Below are positions 1 through 11,200 of a stretch of DNA of 64,000 nt, in pieces (position 1 is the first letter of the stretch; every line of letters begins with the position of its first letter). The position numbers and the translations under genes were made by a program. Location of the stretch: assembly GCF_009834535.1 (NCBI RefSeq), contig NC_045696.1:94366001-94430000 (forward strand), in the 5' to 3' direction. Under the pieces are notes generated by a model. That model was not told the DNA's origin and did not search any database. It was given only the letters and a program-made list of their open reading frames with translations. Source of the DNA: Camelus ferus (Eukaryota).

Positions 1-1074
1 AATATTGAAGCAATCAGATGGCCACTGCAGTGACTTTAAGTTTCAAAGTGACTGACAATACACAGGATTTATTCCTTTGCTAAGATAACTGTCCAGGATA
101 GACTGAGGGGAAGGGTCAAATATTCATCACTGCAACATCCGTCACCTTAACTTGTAGGATGGAAGAGTTCTCCAAACATGTTCTGTTTAGATTTTGTTGT
201 TGTTAATCTTTTTTACTGCTATGTGAAGAAATCTCACAGCAGCGATGATTGTTATCCTGACATTTGTTTGGTATTTTATGGTTCATAAGAACTTTTGCAA
301 ATCATTTTGGGTAAATTATTAGCTAAAGATCGAGAAAAACCCCTCTCCCTGAGAAAGTCTGAAGTAATCAACTTTTTTTTTTTTGCTTCACTTTTTTATT
401 TGTTTTGAATAAGACAGAAAAGGAGAGATTCAGAACTCCAAGGGACATAGAACAGTGGAAAGTGTTTTGCTTTTTGGCCAAGATATTTATTTTCTCCCTA
501 GAAAATACTAAGATTCAGACATGATCCTATATTGTCTGATGGGGTGGTGCTGCTTTTGTTTCAAAAGAGGGAACAGTGAAAAGCCTGTCTTCTCCCTCTC
601 CTTTCTGGGGAAGAGTGGAGAGATGGAACAAGAAGATGCAGTCATAGGGAGGATCTCTTTCTGTGACACCTGGTCACCGTTTGCAAGGGCCAAAGGGGCA
701 GAGCTTCATTTCTTGTATCCAAGGTAACTGATAGTGATTATATTCAATCATGATTTTTCTCATTTGGGAGACACTGAATGATTCTCCTTTTCTTCTTTAA
801 CAGGAAAATGACAAAGGAGTACCATGCTTAATTTCTCAGGACTGATAGGAGGTTACAAACGTTTGCAGAGCATCTCAAACTTCCATTCTTTTTGTTTTTG
901 TAAGCATACAAAGTATCTTTGTGTAGTGGAATGGCCCAGTCTGTGCATAGCTCTGCTTTAGTACACTGGTACTCATCAAGCCTCATTTGCCAAGATAAGG
1001 AAAACTTGTCACACAGCAGATAGCCAAGAGGCACTCACACTAAAAGTGCAGAATTTTCTGGGAGATTCATAAAA

Positions 1075-1245
1075 CCCTGCCACTCCAAGTGTGGTCCCTG
1101 GACCAGCAACACCAGTATCACCTAGAAACTTAATTCTAGGAAATTTCTGCATTTCTAACATCTCATCCCAGACCTACTGAATTAAAACCTGCTTCTTAAC
1201 AAGACCCCTTGTGATTGGTATGCACATTAAACTTTGAGAAGTATT
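1075..1245 (+). mobile_element. MER5-type hAT-Charlie MITE
   Basis: ccaagtgtggtccctggaccagca...cagacctactgaatt...cacattaaactttgagaagtattg resembles the MER5A/B consensus ends and body. Confidence 0.75.
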
Positions 1246-1250
1246 GTCTT

Positions 1251-1503
1251 CACACATACAGAGAACAAACTAGTGGTTACCAGTGGGGAGAGGGGAGGAG
1301 GGGCAAGGTAGGGGTAAAGGTTAAGAGGAACAAACTATTTTGTATAAAATAAGCTACAAACATACATTGTACAGCACAGGGGATGTAGTCACTATTTTAT
1401 AATAACCATAAATGGTGTATCTTCTTTAAAAATTGTGAATCACCATATTGTACATCTGAAACTTGTGTTGTAAATCAACTATATACCTCAGTTAAAAAAA
1501 AAA
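1251..1503 (+). mobile_element. 5'-truncated L1 3'UTR with poly(A)
   Basis: gagaacaaactagtggttaccag...aaatcaactata + A-tail; 12-bp TSD aagtattgtctt at 1239-1250 and 1528-1539. Confidence 0.85.
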
Positions 1504-1559
1504 TTACTGATAGTTGATGCTGGAGGAAAGTATTGTCTTAGCACAAGCACAGTACTTTA

Positions 1560-1640
1560 TTAAAGCCTTGCAATGAACCCATGAGTCATATTGCTGCTAT
1601 TATCCTTAGCATGAGGAAACTGAGGCACAGAGATGTTGTT
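1560..1640 (-). mobile_element. MIR SINE fragment
   Basis: atgaggaaactgaggcacagaga is the reverse complement of the MIR core. Confidence 0.7.
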
Positions 1641-1711
1641 CAAATAATAAATTCCTCAAGAATATAGCCTGTAATAGTAATATTAACAAAAGAACTAGAA
1701 AAAACATCGCC

Positions 1712-1965
1712 AGCAGTACAGCACATCAGTGGGTAAGAGGTCCTGACTGTGGAGTCGGACTGCCTGGGTTCAGGTCCTGACTCTTACGGCTCACCAAGTG
1801 GAAAATACTGAGCAAGTTGCATAATATCTGTCTCCTTTTCTTAACAGTAAAATAGGGGTTTTGAAAGAACCCACCTCATTGTATTGGAGGAGGGGGAGAA
1901 TTAAATGACTAAATTCAAACAAAATGCTTAGAAGTGCCTAGGATGTAGTCCAAATTCCATATACG
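1712..1965 (+). mobile_element. MIR SINE
   Basis: ctgtggagtcggactgcctgggttcagg...gagcaagttgcataa...gtaaaatagggg...aaaatgcttagaagtgcctag. Confidence 0.75.
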
Positions 1966-2086
1966 TTAGGTAGGAGTAATAGTAATTGTAGTGGTAACAT
2001 TTTTTCCAATGCTTACTACGTACTTCATTTAATTCAGTCCTTGAAATTACCCTACTGTCCCTGCTACCTTGTGGTAGAAGGACTAA

Positions 2087-2737
2087 TGTTACCCAGCTGA
2101 ACTTGGGTCTGCTTCCCCAATGTGAAAAAAAGTCAATCTGCTGGTACCAGGTGTGGTAAAGGAAAGTACTGCATTTATTGCAAGGTGCCAAACAAGGAGA
2201 ACTGGCAGCTAGTGCTCAAAAGACCCCATCTCCCCAGTGGCTTTCAGGGGAGGGTTTTTAAAGGCAATATTGAGGGTGAGGGTTGCAGGCTGCATGATCT
2301 GCTTGTGGACATTTTTCCTGATCAGCTGGTGGTACAGTAACAGGGTGATGTTTCAGGAATCTTGAGTCATCAACTTGGTTCCAACCAGTCTGGGATCTCT
2401 GTACTTGTGGTCAGCGTGTAGTCACCATCCTCCCTGAATTGGGGGGTGGGGTGGGGTTTAGGGTCTGCAGAACTCGGTGATATGAATCAGATTGTATCAT
2501 GATCCCTTCAGGAGGAACCAGGGGTCCTGTGAGTCCCTTTTATGGATGAACTGTTGTTTAAGCTATCACTTTTTTTCTTGCTTGACTGCTTTTCCTTTGT
2601 TTCTGCATTCCCTCACTTCTCTAGTTAGTAATTGCTTTTGAATCTGCTCTTTGAAACTTGGGGGAGGCCAAGCCAGAAGCAGGGCATGTGGAGGAGCTTG
2701 TACATGTAAAGACCCTACAGGGTCCTGCTTAGTTTCA
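2087..2737 (-). mobile_element. Full-length ERV1-class solo LTR (MER41-like, family uncertain) inserted in a minus-strand MIR
   Basis: TG...CA termini (tgttac...tttca); perfect 4-bp TSD ctaa at 2083-2086 and 2738-2741; AATAAA on minus strand (tttatt ~2174); MIR sequence resumes after 2741. Confidence 0.85.
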
Positions 2738-3078
2738 CTAAGAAGTAGTTTTGCCTGAAGTCACATAGCTGGCGAATATGACACTGGCATTAAAACCTCA
2801 AGATTTGGCTCCACGTTATATTGTACTGCTCTTTGAGTGCCTAAAGTCCAGGTCTTTTGAATGCAAGCCCTCTATTTTTCCACGAGACTGCACTTTTCTC
2901 CAACCATGAATGAGAACATTTTCAGATGACAGATGACTCATTAATGCTATTTGATTCAGAAGGCAATTATCGGCCTTTAGATCTGCCTCTGTTTTGCTCC
3001 AGGTCCTATTCCTTTCCTCTTTGCTCTGACCCTAGAGAACACTCTGTCATTCTTTGCTTGCCTCTGGTTTCAAATCAG

Positions 3079-3472
3079 CATCAGAATACTCTTAGAAGGT
3101 AATGGAATCCTGAGCTGAGAGTTCCAGCTTCCCTAGGATTCTTCCTAATAAATAACCTCTTAGCGTGTCTGTTTCGTAGTCCTTTGAGGGAAATTTGCAT
3201 TTTGATAGAGAACTTCTGAAGATGTAAAGCGTAACCTACAGACAGACTATCTAATGACAGTATATCAGCTACAAGAGGGCAATGCCCTCTAGGGTAAAAC
3301 ACAATTAAAGAGGAATAAAAAAGTTTTTCCAGAGAGCCTCTCAACTCTGCCTGTAGGCAAACAGTGTCCCAGATAACAACACACCTGCAAAAGTCTCTAC
3401 GAAGCAGTGAAATAGAACGTAATAACCTATATGTTTTAGGAGGGGGCAGGTCTGATTTTTAATTTAACCTCA
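3079..3472 (-). mobile_element. Old ERV1-class solo LTR (MER89/MER90/MER110-like)
   Basis: Minus strand begins TGAGGTTAAATTAAAAATC; gggaaatttgcatttt motif; degenerate 4-bp TSD tcag/ccag. Confidence 0.45.
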
Positions 3473-3621
3473 CCAGTGGTGTTCATGACTAAAAATTTAT
3501 AAACTATCTGCAGTGGCCTATTAAGTGACAAAACAGCCCTCCATGCCAGCGTGAGCTTCAGCGTGGATGGGCTTGAGCATGAGGTGACTATGCGGGTGGA
3601 GGACATTAATAGATATTTTTA

Positions 3622-3835
3622 CAATCGACCCTTGAACAACACTGGTTTGAACACTGGTTTGAACTGAAGGGGTCCACTTAAACATCTCAGTAGCAAACAC
3701 TACAGTTCTACACAAACCCTGAACTCCAGTTGGGTGAATGCTCAGATACAGAAGGCCACCTGTACATTATACTTGGATTTTTGACTGCGTGGAAGGTCAG
3801 CACTCCTAGCCCCCACGTTGTTCAGGAGTCAACTA
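3622..3835 (+). mobile_element. Tigger2-derived MITE (TcMar)
   Basis: TIRs caatcgacccttgaacaac / gttgttcaggagtcaacta; TA on the left, TG on the right; internal 12-bp tandem duplication aacactggtttg. Confidence 0.85.
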
Positions 3836-3986
3836 TGCTCTTTGACATCTCCAGGGAAAGGCAGTCAGAATCTAGAAGGCAGTGCTCCAGGAGCCTAAGA
3901 CTGTCTCAGAGAATGGATATCTACTTTAAGGAACTCTGGAATTATTGGCATGGTAGAAATTTACACACATGTAAGGTGACTTTTCT

Positions 3987-4254
3987 TTCTTTTTTTTTAA
4001 TTGAAGCATAGTTAGTTTACAATGTTGTGTCAATTTCTGGTGTACAGCATAATAGAAGTAAGCCAGAAAGAGAAACAAAAATATTGTATCAGTATATGTG
4101 GAATCTAAAAAAAAAGATAAATGAACTTATTTACAAAACAGAAACAGACTCATAGACATAGAAAACAAACTTATTACCAGAGGGGAAAGGGGGTGAGCAG
4201 GGATAAATTGGGAGTTCGAGATTTGCAGATACTAACTCCTATGTGTAAAATAGA
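3987..4254 (-). mobile_element. Short L1 with 5' inversion (twin priming)
   Basis: poly(T) plus minus-strand L1 3' end to ~4054, then plus-strand L1 3'UTR 4055-4254; TSD taaggtgacttttct / taaggtgctttttct (3972-3986, 4255-4269). Confidence 0.8.
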
Positions 4255-5591
4255 TAAGGTGCTTTTTCTAATGCTTCATCATGTGAAGGACTTAGAGGTC
4301 TGGGGAAATAATACCATTGGTTGTGTTTCATGAGTACATGTGTAAAAGAGGCTTGGGTATGTTAGAAAATGTAGTTAAGAATTTATTATAAAGTACAAGC
4401 CTTTTGTTACAGCAAACTGTTGAGGTCTCTGACAAGACTAAAATTCTAAGTCTGTTAACAAGATGGAAAAATACCAACTGAATCTCCAAAGGCAGAAAAG
4501 CCATCTACTGTCTGGATGCTTTGTTTGAAATGGTGAGAAATGGAATTAGGCTAGAGGCCTACACTTTATAACCGTCCTCCTTAGAACATTAGAGGTTTTT
4601 TTTCTTTCTCTTCAATAAGGCAAAAAAGATAATACAGAGTGGCCCAGGAGACATATTAGCCACAGGTCAAAGTAACAAGAGTATGTGTATGCTTAGGGGT
4701 CAGTGTTGCAGAAAATAATAGAGCTGAAAAGGTGTAGAAGATTTCTAAAACTAGATGGCCACGAGGGAAAAAACCCACAACAAATCTGATGAGAAAGAAA
4801 GTGGGATAATGCATTCAAGAGAATGTGTAGTTGATCATTTAGCTTCATACAATAGCTCACAATTTGGAACAATGGAATATCACGACTGGTTTTTCTTTTG
4901 CTTTAACTCAACACATTCTGTCATTATTTCTTTTGCAGAAGTGAGTGGGATGAGACATAGAGGTTGCTATAGTTACTCATTTTTAATGAATTTCAAGACT
5001 TATCCAACCAAATAGCACTCTCTCACTCAAAAATTTTAGGGGGTGGTAGAGGGAAATTTCTGACTGAAAAATGACTCATCATAATACATACAAAAATGTT
5101 TTAAAACTTAAGGAATAAAATTTTAATTTATTGAATCAGTTTATTCTGTGATTTATTCTTGTGAAGTGTGTCATTTGAGGACATTTAAATGACACTCATT
5201 TGAGTAAAATATCTTTAATTCCTTTAAAAATTATTTTTTTCTTGTTACAAGTTTACAATGCTTAACGCATCTATTAATAATCAAGAAAATGTGATGGTAA
5301 AAAATTCAAATACAATTTACAAAAATCAAAATCCACTATTGCTTTATAAAGAGAAATAGTTTTGGAATATTTAGCTCCCCCACGTTTAAACTACCTTTCA
5401 CAGTGGAAAAACAAAACAATACAAAAACAAAACAAAACAAAAAAACTAACTACTAGACTTGAAAAAGGAGACTATGACTATAAACTTTCTAGTAAGGAAG
5501 TTGTTACTGAGAGGAGAGGAATAAAATTTACCTCGGTTCTTAGTCACCTGAAAAATAAATTTCTAATGGGAGACAGCATGATACAAACAAA

Positions 5592-6110
5592 TTTTTTTTA
5601 AAGTTAATAGACTTTATTTATTTTTTTTTTTAGAGCAGTTTCAGGATCACAGCAGAATTGAGTAGAATATACAGGGAGTTCGCACATAGCTCTCCCCACC
5701 CACACATATATACTCCCCTACCCTTCACATCCCTCATCAGTGTGGCATATTTGGTACAACTGATGAACCAACATGGACACATTATTAACAACCAAAGTCC
5801 ATAGGTTACATTAGGGTTCACTCTTGATGTACATTCCATGGGTTTTGACAAATGCATAATGACATGTAGCCACCACTATAGTATCATACAGAATAATTTC
5901 ATTGCCCTAAAAATCCCTTGTGCTCCATCTGTTCATTCCTCCCTCCCTCTCCCCAAACCCCTGGAAACCATGATCTTTTTATTTTTTCTGTAGCTGTGCC
6001 TTTTCCAGAATGTCATTTGGTTGGAATCGTACAGTTTGTAGCCTTTTCAGACTGGCTTCTTTCATTTAGTAATATGTCTTAAGTTTCTTCCATGTCTTTC
6101 ATGGCTTGAT
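5592..6110 (-). mobile_element. L1MC1-like 3' end
   Basis: ttagagcagtttcaggatcacagcagaattgag...aaagtccataggttacattagggttcactctt matches the L1MC 3'UTR. Confidence 0.8.
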
Positions 6111-6244
6111 CTTTTTTTTTTTAACTGCATATATATTTTTTAAATTTACATATATGTACTATTCATTGTTTCTAAGAATGTTTAGAGCTTTAGCTTTTTA
6201 AACTTACATAGTTAGCAAAGGAATAAAGCCAACCACAAAATAAG

Positions 6245-6424
6245 AATTAATTCAAAAAGATACATACACCCTGCTATTAACAGCAACATTATTTATAATT
6301 GCCAAGTTATGGAAGCACCCTAAGTGCATACCAATAGTTGAATAGATAATGAAGATGCAGCATATATATATGTAATGGAATACAACTCACCCATAAGAAA
6401 GAAGGATATTTTGCCATTTGTGGC
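6245..6424 (+). mobile_element. L1 ORF2-end/3'UTR fragment within chimeric insertion
   Basis: caaaaagatacatacacc...atggaagcaccctaagtg...aatggaatacaactcacccataagaaagaagga. Confidence 0.8.
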
Positions 6425-6475
6425 TCTTCACTTTTTTTTTCCACTTCAAAAACCAGAGTTTTATAACCAGCATAA

Positions 6476-6757
6476 AAATTTCCATAACATCAAAAACATC
6501 AAAATACCTAGAAATAAACTTAACCAAGGAGGTTACCTATACTCCATTAACCGAAATGACACAAAGAAATGGAAAGATTTCTTGTGCTTTTGGATTGGAA
6601 GAATCAACAGTATCAAAATGGCCACACTACCCAAAGCAATCCACAGATCCAACGCAACCCCTATCAAAAGACCCACGATATTCCTAACAGAATTAAAACA
6701 AATAATCCCAAAATGTATAGAGAACCACAAAAGACCTCGAACAGCCAAAGCAATCTT
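6476..6757 (+). pseudogene. L1 ORF2p fragment (post-RT region), hypermutated
   Basis: Translation [26 protein letters not shown]...[11 protein letters not shown] versus canonical [26 protein letters not shown]. Confidence 0.9.
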
Positions 6758-6759
6758 CT

Positions 6760-7278
6760 GTAGGTTTTTTTTCTCTTTCTTCTTTTTGTTCTCTTTTCTC
6801 ATGGTTTGATGACTAGAGAACGTCCTTTAACAATTGCTGTAAAGCTGGTTTGGTGATGCTGAAATCTTTTAGTTTTTGACCATCTGTAAAGCTTTTGATT
6901 TCTCCATCAAGTCTGAACAAGAGCCTTGCTGGGTAGAGTATTCTTGGTTGTAAGTTTTCCCCTTTCATCACTTTAAATATATCATGCCACTCCCTTCTGG
7001 CCTGTAGAGTTTCTGCTGAAAAATCAGCTGATAACCTTGTGGGAGTTCCCTTGTATGTTGTTTGTTGCATTTCTCTTGCTAATTTTAATATTTTCTCCTT
7101 ATCCTTAATTGTTGTCAGTTTGGTGACTATGTGCCTTGGTGTGTTCCCCTTTGGGTTGATTCTGTGTGGTACTCTCTGCGCCTCCTGGACTTGGGTGACC
7201 GTTTCCTTTCCAAAGTTGGGAAGGTTTTCAGTAATTATCTCTCCAAAAATTTTCTCGGGTCCTTTCTCTCTCTCTCTC
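6760..7278 (-). pseudogene. L1 ORF1p C-terminal half (RRM+CTD) with native stop and inter-ORF spacer
   Basis: ORF 6813-7376 contains EKIFGEIITENLPN...QEAQRVP...RLSADFSAETLQARREWHDIFK...LQPRILYPARL, which are diagnostic ORF1p motifs; ~155 uninterrupted codons. Confidence 0.95.
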
Positions 7279-7478
7279 AAACAGAAGATTTTATTAGTGA
7301 AGTAAAAAGGTAGTAAAATACAGTACACCTCCAAGAACCGGGGCGGGCCAATCCAAGAGAGGAAAAATGGCACCACTTCTTTGTTTTTCCTGTGTTTGTA
7401 TCCTGATTTAGAGGGTGTTTTTCGTGACTGATTGATGGGTTACATTCTTTGAGTTCTCAGGCTGATTGACAGCCCAAA
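7279..7478 (-). mobile_element. ERV LTR U3-R fragment ending just after its poly(A) signal
   Basis: Minus strand has two caatcag boxes, TATA-like gatacaaa, pyrimidine-rich R-like region, and AATAAA (tttatt 7290-7295) 11 nt before the L1 junction. Confidence 0.6.
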
Positions 7479-8102
7479 ATAAGGGAGGATACAGTGTAAA
7501 CTAATAAGGGTGATTTCAGATACCTTTCATGCTAATGATAAAGACCTTCAATATGCTGGAAACCTTCAGAAAAATTAGAGGAAGATAAAAATAAGAAGAA
7601 TTCGGCCAAGATAGGCTTGAAATATTCACAGCAATAGATGTTAGTGCCTTAAGCTGGATTACCGGTACAACCTGGCAAAATTTCATTTGATTATTCCTCT
7701 TTTAAAATGAGCCCAAAGGTGAACAGCCATTGTAATCATGGCTTAAGTTAACAATGTTTCCATGTGTTATTAGTGTAATGTAAAAATATTTACATAATAG
7801 CTCTAGAGCTACAGAAATGCTGAAAATGAAACTTAGGCCCACTGCTCAGTAAGAAGTATTCTAAACCAAATTTATGTATGTGACCATCTTTAGAATTAAA
7901 GAGTTATAGAAAAAAAGAGCTCTCCTTTTAGCAGCTTCACAATTGAATCCCAAACTAAAGTGCCCCTGTGCTTGAGTTCTATGAAGAGAGACTAGGCAGA
8001 AAAGTATAGCCTTTTATAGAGAGTTTGATTGGGTGAATAAACGTTATTTCAGGTTTTAATTTTTTTAATGTCTCAGGAAAATCAACTTGATTCTGAGGCC
8101 AG

Positions 8103-8396
8103 AGCTATGATGCCAGAGCAATAGCCACTAACTGTAATGCTTCACTAGTCTGAATAAAGAGGTGCTGTAAGTGTAAACTACATGCCAAATCAGGAGACTC
8201 AATACTAACAAAAGAGTAGGATATTGCATTAATTTTTGTATTGACTCCATTTTAACTTGGTAATATTTTGGATGTATTGGATTACATAACATAATGCTTA
8301 TTTATGTTATCAGTTTCTTTTACCTTTTTAATGTAGCTACTAGAAAATTTGAACTTAAATATGTGGCTTACATTGTATTTCTCCTGGGCACAGCTA
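8103..8396 (-). mobile_element. MER33 hAT-Charlie element
   Basis: gtgctgtaagtgtaaacta...tttttaatgtagctactagaaaatttgaacttaaatatgtggcttacattgtatttc. Confidence 0.75.
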
Positions 8397-8584
8397 ATTT
8401 AGACCAAGAAGCCTTGAAGTAAGGCATTAGTTATTGGCAAGGTTAGCTATTTGGACATTTTGTTTTCCTCTCTGAGAAATGATGTTATGTAAGTTTATAG
8501 GGTTCCTAAGAAAGTTGGCAGAACCTGCTCAGACCATATTGCAAACAAAGTGATCACTACCATGAATCTAGTTACGATCCATGA

Positions 8585-11200
8585 CCATACAGTTGACCCC
8601 TACATCCATTTCGCTCAATCCCTTTCCCCTCTGGTAACCACTAATCTGTCTCTGTATCTATGAGTTAGGTTTTGTTTTATTTTGGTTTTCTAGATTTCAC
8701 ATATGAATGAAATCGTATAGTATTTGTCTTTCTCCATCTAACTTTTTTCACTTTCAGGGTCCATCCATGCTGCAAATAGCAGGATTTCATTCCCTTCATT
8801 CCCTTTTATTGGGGGATAAAATTTAATTGTGTATATCTTTATCCATTCATCCATCAGTGGGTACTTCAGTTGTTTCCATGTCTTGGCTATTGTAAATAAT
8901 GCTGCAATCAGCATAGGGGTGCATATATCTTTTTAAATTAGTGTTTTCATGTTCTCTGGGTTAATATCCAGAAGTGAAATATTTGAGTCATATGGTAGTT
9001 CTATCCCTAATTCTGGGGGTAATCTTCATATTGTTTTCCATAGCAGCTGCACCAATACAGAATCCCACCAACAGTGTATGAGGGTTCCCTTTTATTCATA
9101 TCCTCTCCAACATTTGTTATAGACACTAACAGGTGTGAGGTGATATTTCATTATGGGTTTGATTTACATGTCCCTGATGCCTGATGATTAGTGAAGCTGA
9201 AAATTTTTTCATATGTGTTTTGGCCATCCTGTCAGTCTTCTTTGGAAAAATGTCTATGTAGGTCCTCTGACCGTTTGTAATTGAATTGTTTGTTTTTTTG
9301 CTGTTGAGTTGGATGAGTTCTTGATATATATTAAATATTAACCTCTTATTGGATAAATTTGCAAATATCTTACCCAATCTGTAAGTTACCTTCTAGTTTT
9401 GATGATTTTTTTTTTTTTTGCTGTGCAGAAACTTTTTAGTTTGAAGTAGTCTCATTTATTTTTCTCTAGTTTCTCTTCCTTTTGATGTCAGATCCACAAA
9501 AACACTACTGATACTGATGTCAGTTAGGTTACTTTTTATGTTTTCTTCTAGGAATTATATTCTTTCAAGTCTTCCACTTAAGTCCTTAATCCATTTTGAG
9601 TTAATTTTTATGTATACTGTAAGATAGTGGCCTAGTTTTATTTTGCTTGCAGCTGTCCAGTTTTCCAACATTATTAACTGAAGAAACTATCCTTTTCCCA
9701 TTGTATGTTCTTGGCTCCTTTGTTATAAAGTAATTGTTTATACATGTGGTTTGTTTCTGGGCTGTCAGTTCTGTTCCACTGATCTGTGTCTGTTTTTGTG
9801 CCACTGCCATACTCTTTTAATTAATATAGCTTTGTAATATAATTTGAAATCAGAGAGTGTAACAGCTCCAGCTGTGTTCTTTCTCAAAATGGTTTTGGTT
9901 ATTCGGGATCTTTTGTGGTTCCATACAAATTTTAGAATTCTTTTTTCTAGTTTTTTGAAACATGCCATTGGCATTTTGATAGGGATTGCATTGAATTCTA
10001 AAGTGGTTTACATAGCATGCACATTTTAACAGTTTTAATTCTTCCAATCCAAGAAAATGGAATATCTTTCCATTTATTTGAGTCTTTTAATTTTTTTCAT
10101 CACTGTCTTACACTTTTCAGTGTACAGGTCTCTTACCTCTTTGGTTTAATGTATTTCTAGGTATTCTTGATGAAATTATAAATGAGATTATTTTCTTAAT
10201 ATCTCTGACAGTTTGTTATTAGTGTATGGAGATACCACAGATTTTTGTATACTGATTTTGTATCCTGTGACTACTGAATTTATTTACTTGCTCTAACAGT
10301 TTTTTGGTGGAGTCTTTAGGGTTCTCCATACAGTATCATGTCATCTACAAATAGTGACAGTTTACTTTTCCCTGTCTGATTTGTATCTCTTTTATTTTTT
10401 GCCTAATTGCTATAGGTAGGACTTCCAATAATATGTTAAAAGTAAGAATGGCCATCCTTGTCTTGTTTCCTGATCTTAAAGGAAAAGTTGAAATCTCTTT
10501 TGAGTATGATATTACCTGTGGATTTGTCATATATGGCCTTTATTATGTTTGAGGTACATTCCTTCTATACCACTTGAGTTTTTATCATAAATGGATATTG
10601 AATTTTGTCACATGCTTTTTCTGCATCTTTTGAAATGACCATATGATTCTTAGCCTTCATTTTGTTGATGTGATGTATCATGTTGATTGACTTGTAGATG
10701 CTGAATCATCCTTGCATCCCTGGAATAAATAATTCCCACTTGATTGTGGTATATGGTCATTTTAGTATATTGTTCAGTTTGCTATATTTTGTTGAGTATT
10801 TTTCCATCTGTAGTCATCAAGGATATTATTGTGTAATTTTCCATTTTTCTGGTGTTCTTGTCTGGTTTGGGTATCAGGATAGTGTTGGCTTTGTAAAATG
10901 TATTTGGAAGATTTTCTTCCTCCTCAATTTTTTGGAAGAGTTGAGAAGGATAGATATTAAATCTTCTTTAAATGTTTTTTAGAATTTGTTAGTAAGGCTG
11001 TCAGAATTTGCCACAAGGCTGTTCTGGGGCTTTTGTTTGTTGGGAGATTTTTATTACTATTTTAATTTCCTTGCTAGTAAGAAGTCTGTTTAGATTTTCT
11101 ATTTCTTCATGATTCAATCTTGAAAGATTGTATGTCTAGGAATTTACCCACTTCTTCTAGGTTGTAAAGTTTGTTGGCATATAATTGTTCATATAGTCTT
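8585..11200 (-). mobile_element. Older L1 (L1MA9-like lineage), 3' part, tail missing
   Basis: Degenerate ORF2 translations in ORF track (e.g. [24 protein letters not shown]) plus 3'UTR. Confidence 0.9.

Noticed and set aside
4925..4946. Acceptor closely followed by donor (ttttgcag aa gtgagt), like a recursive splice site
   Set aside because: Not a true AG|GT junction and there is no other support
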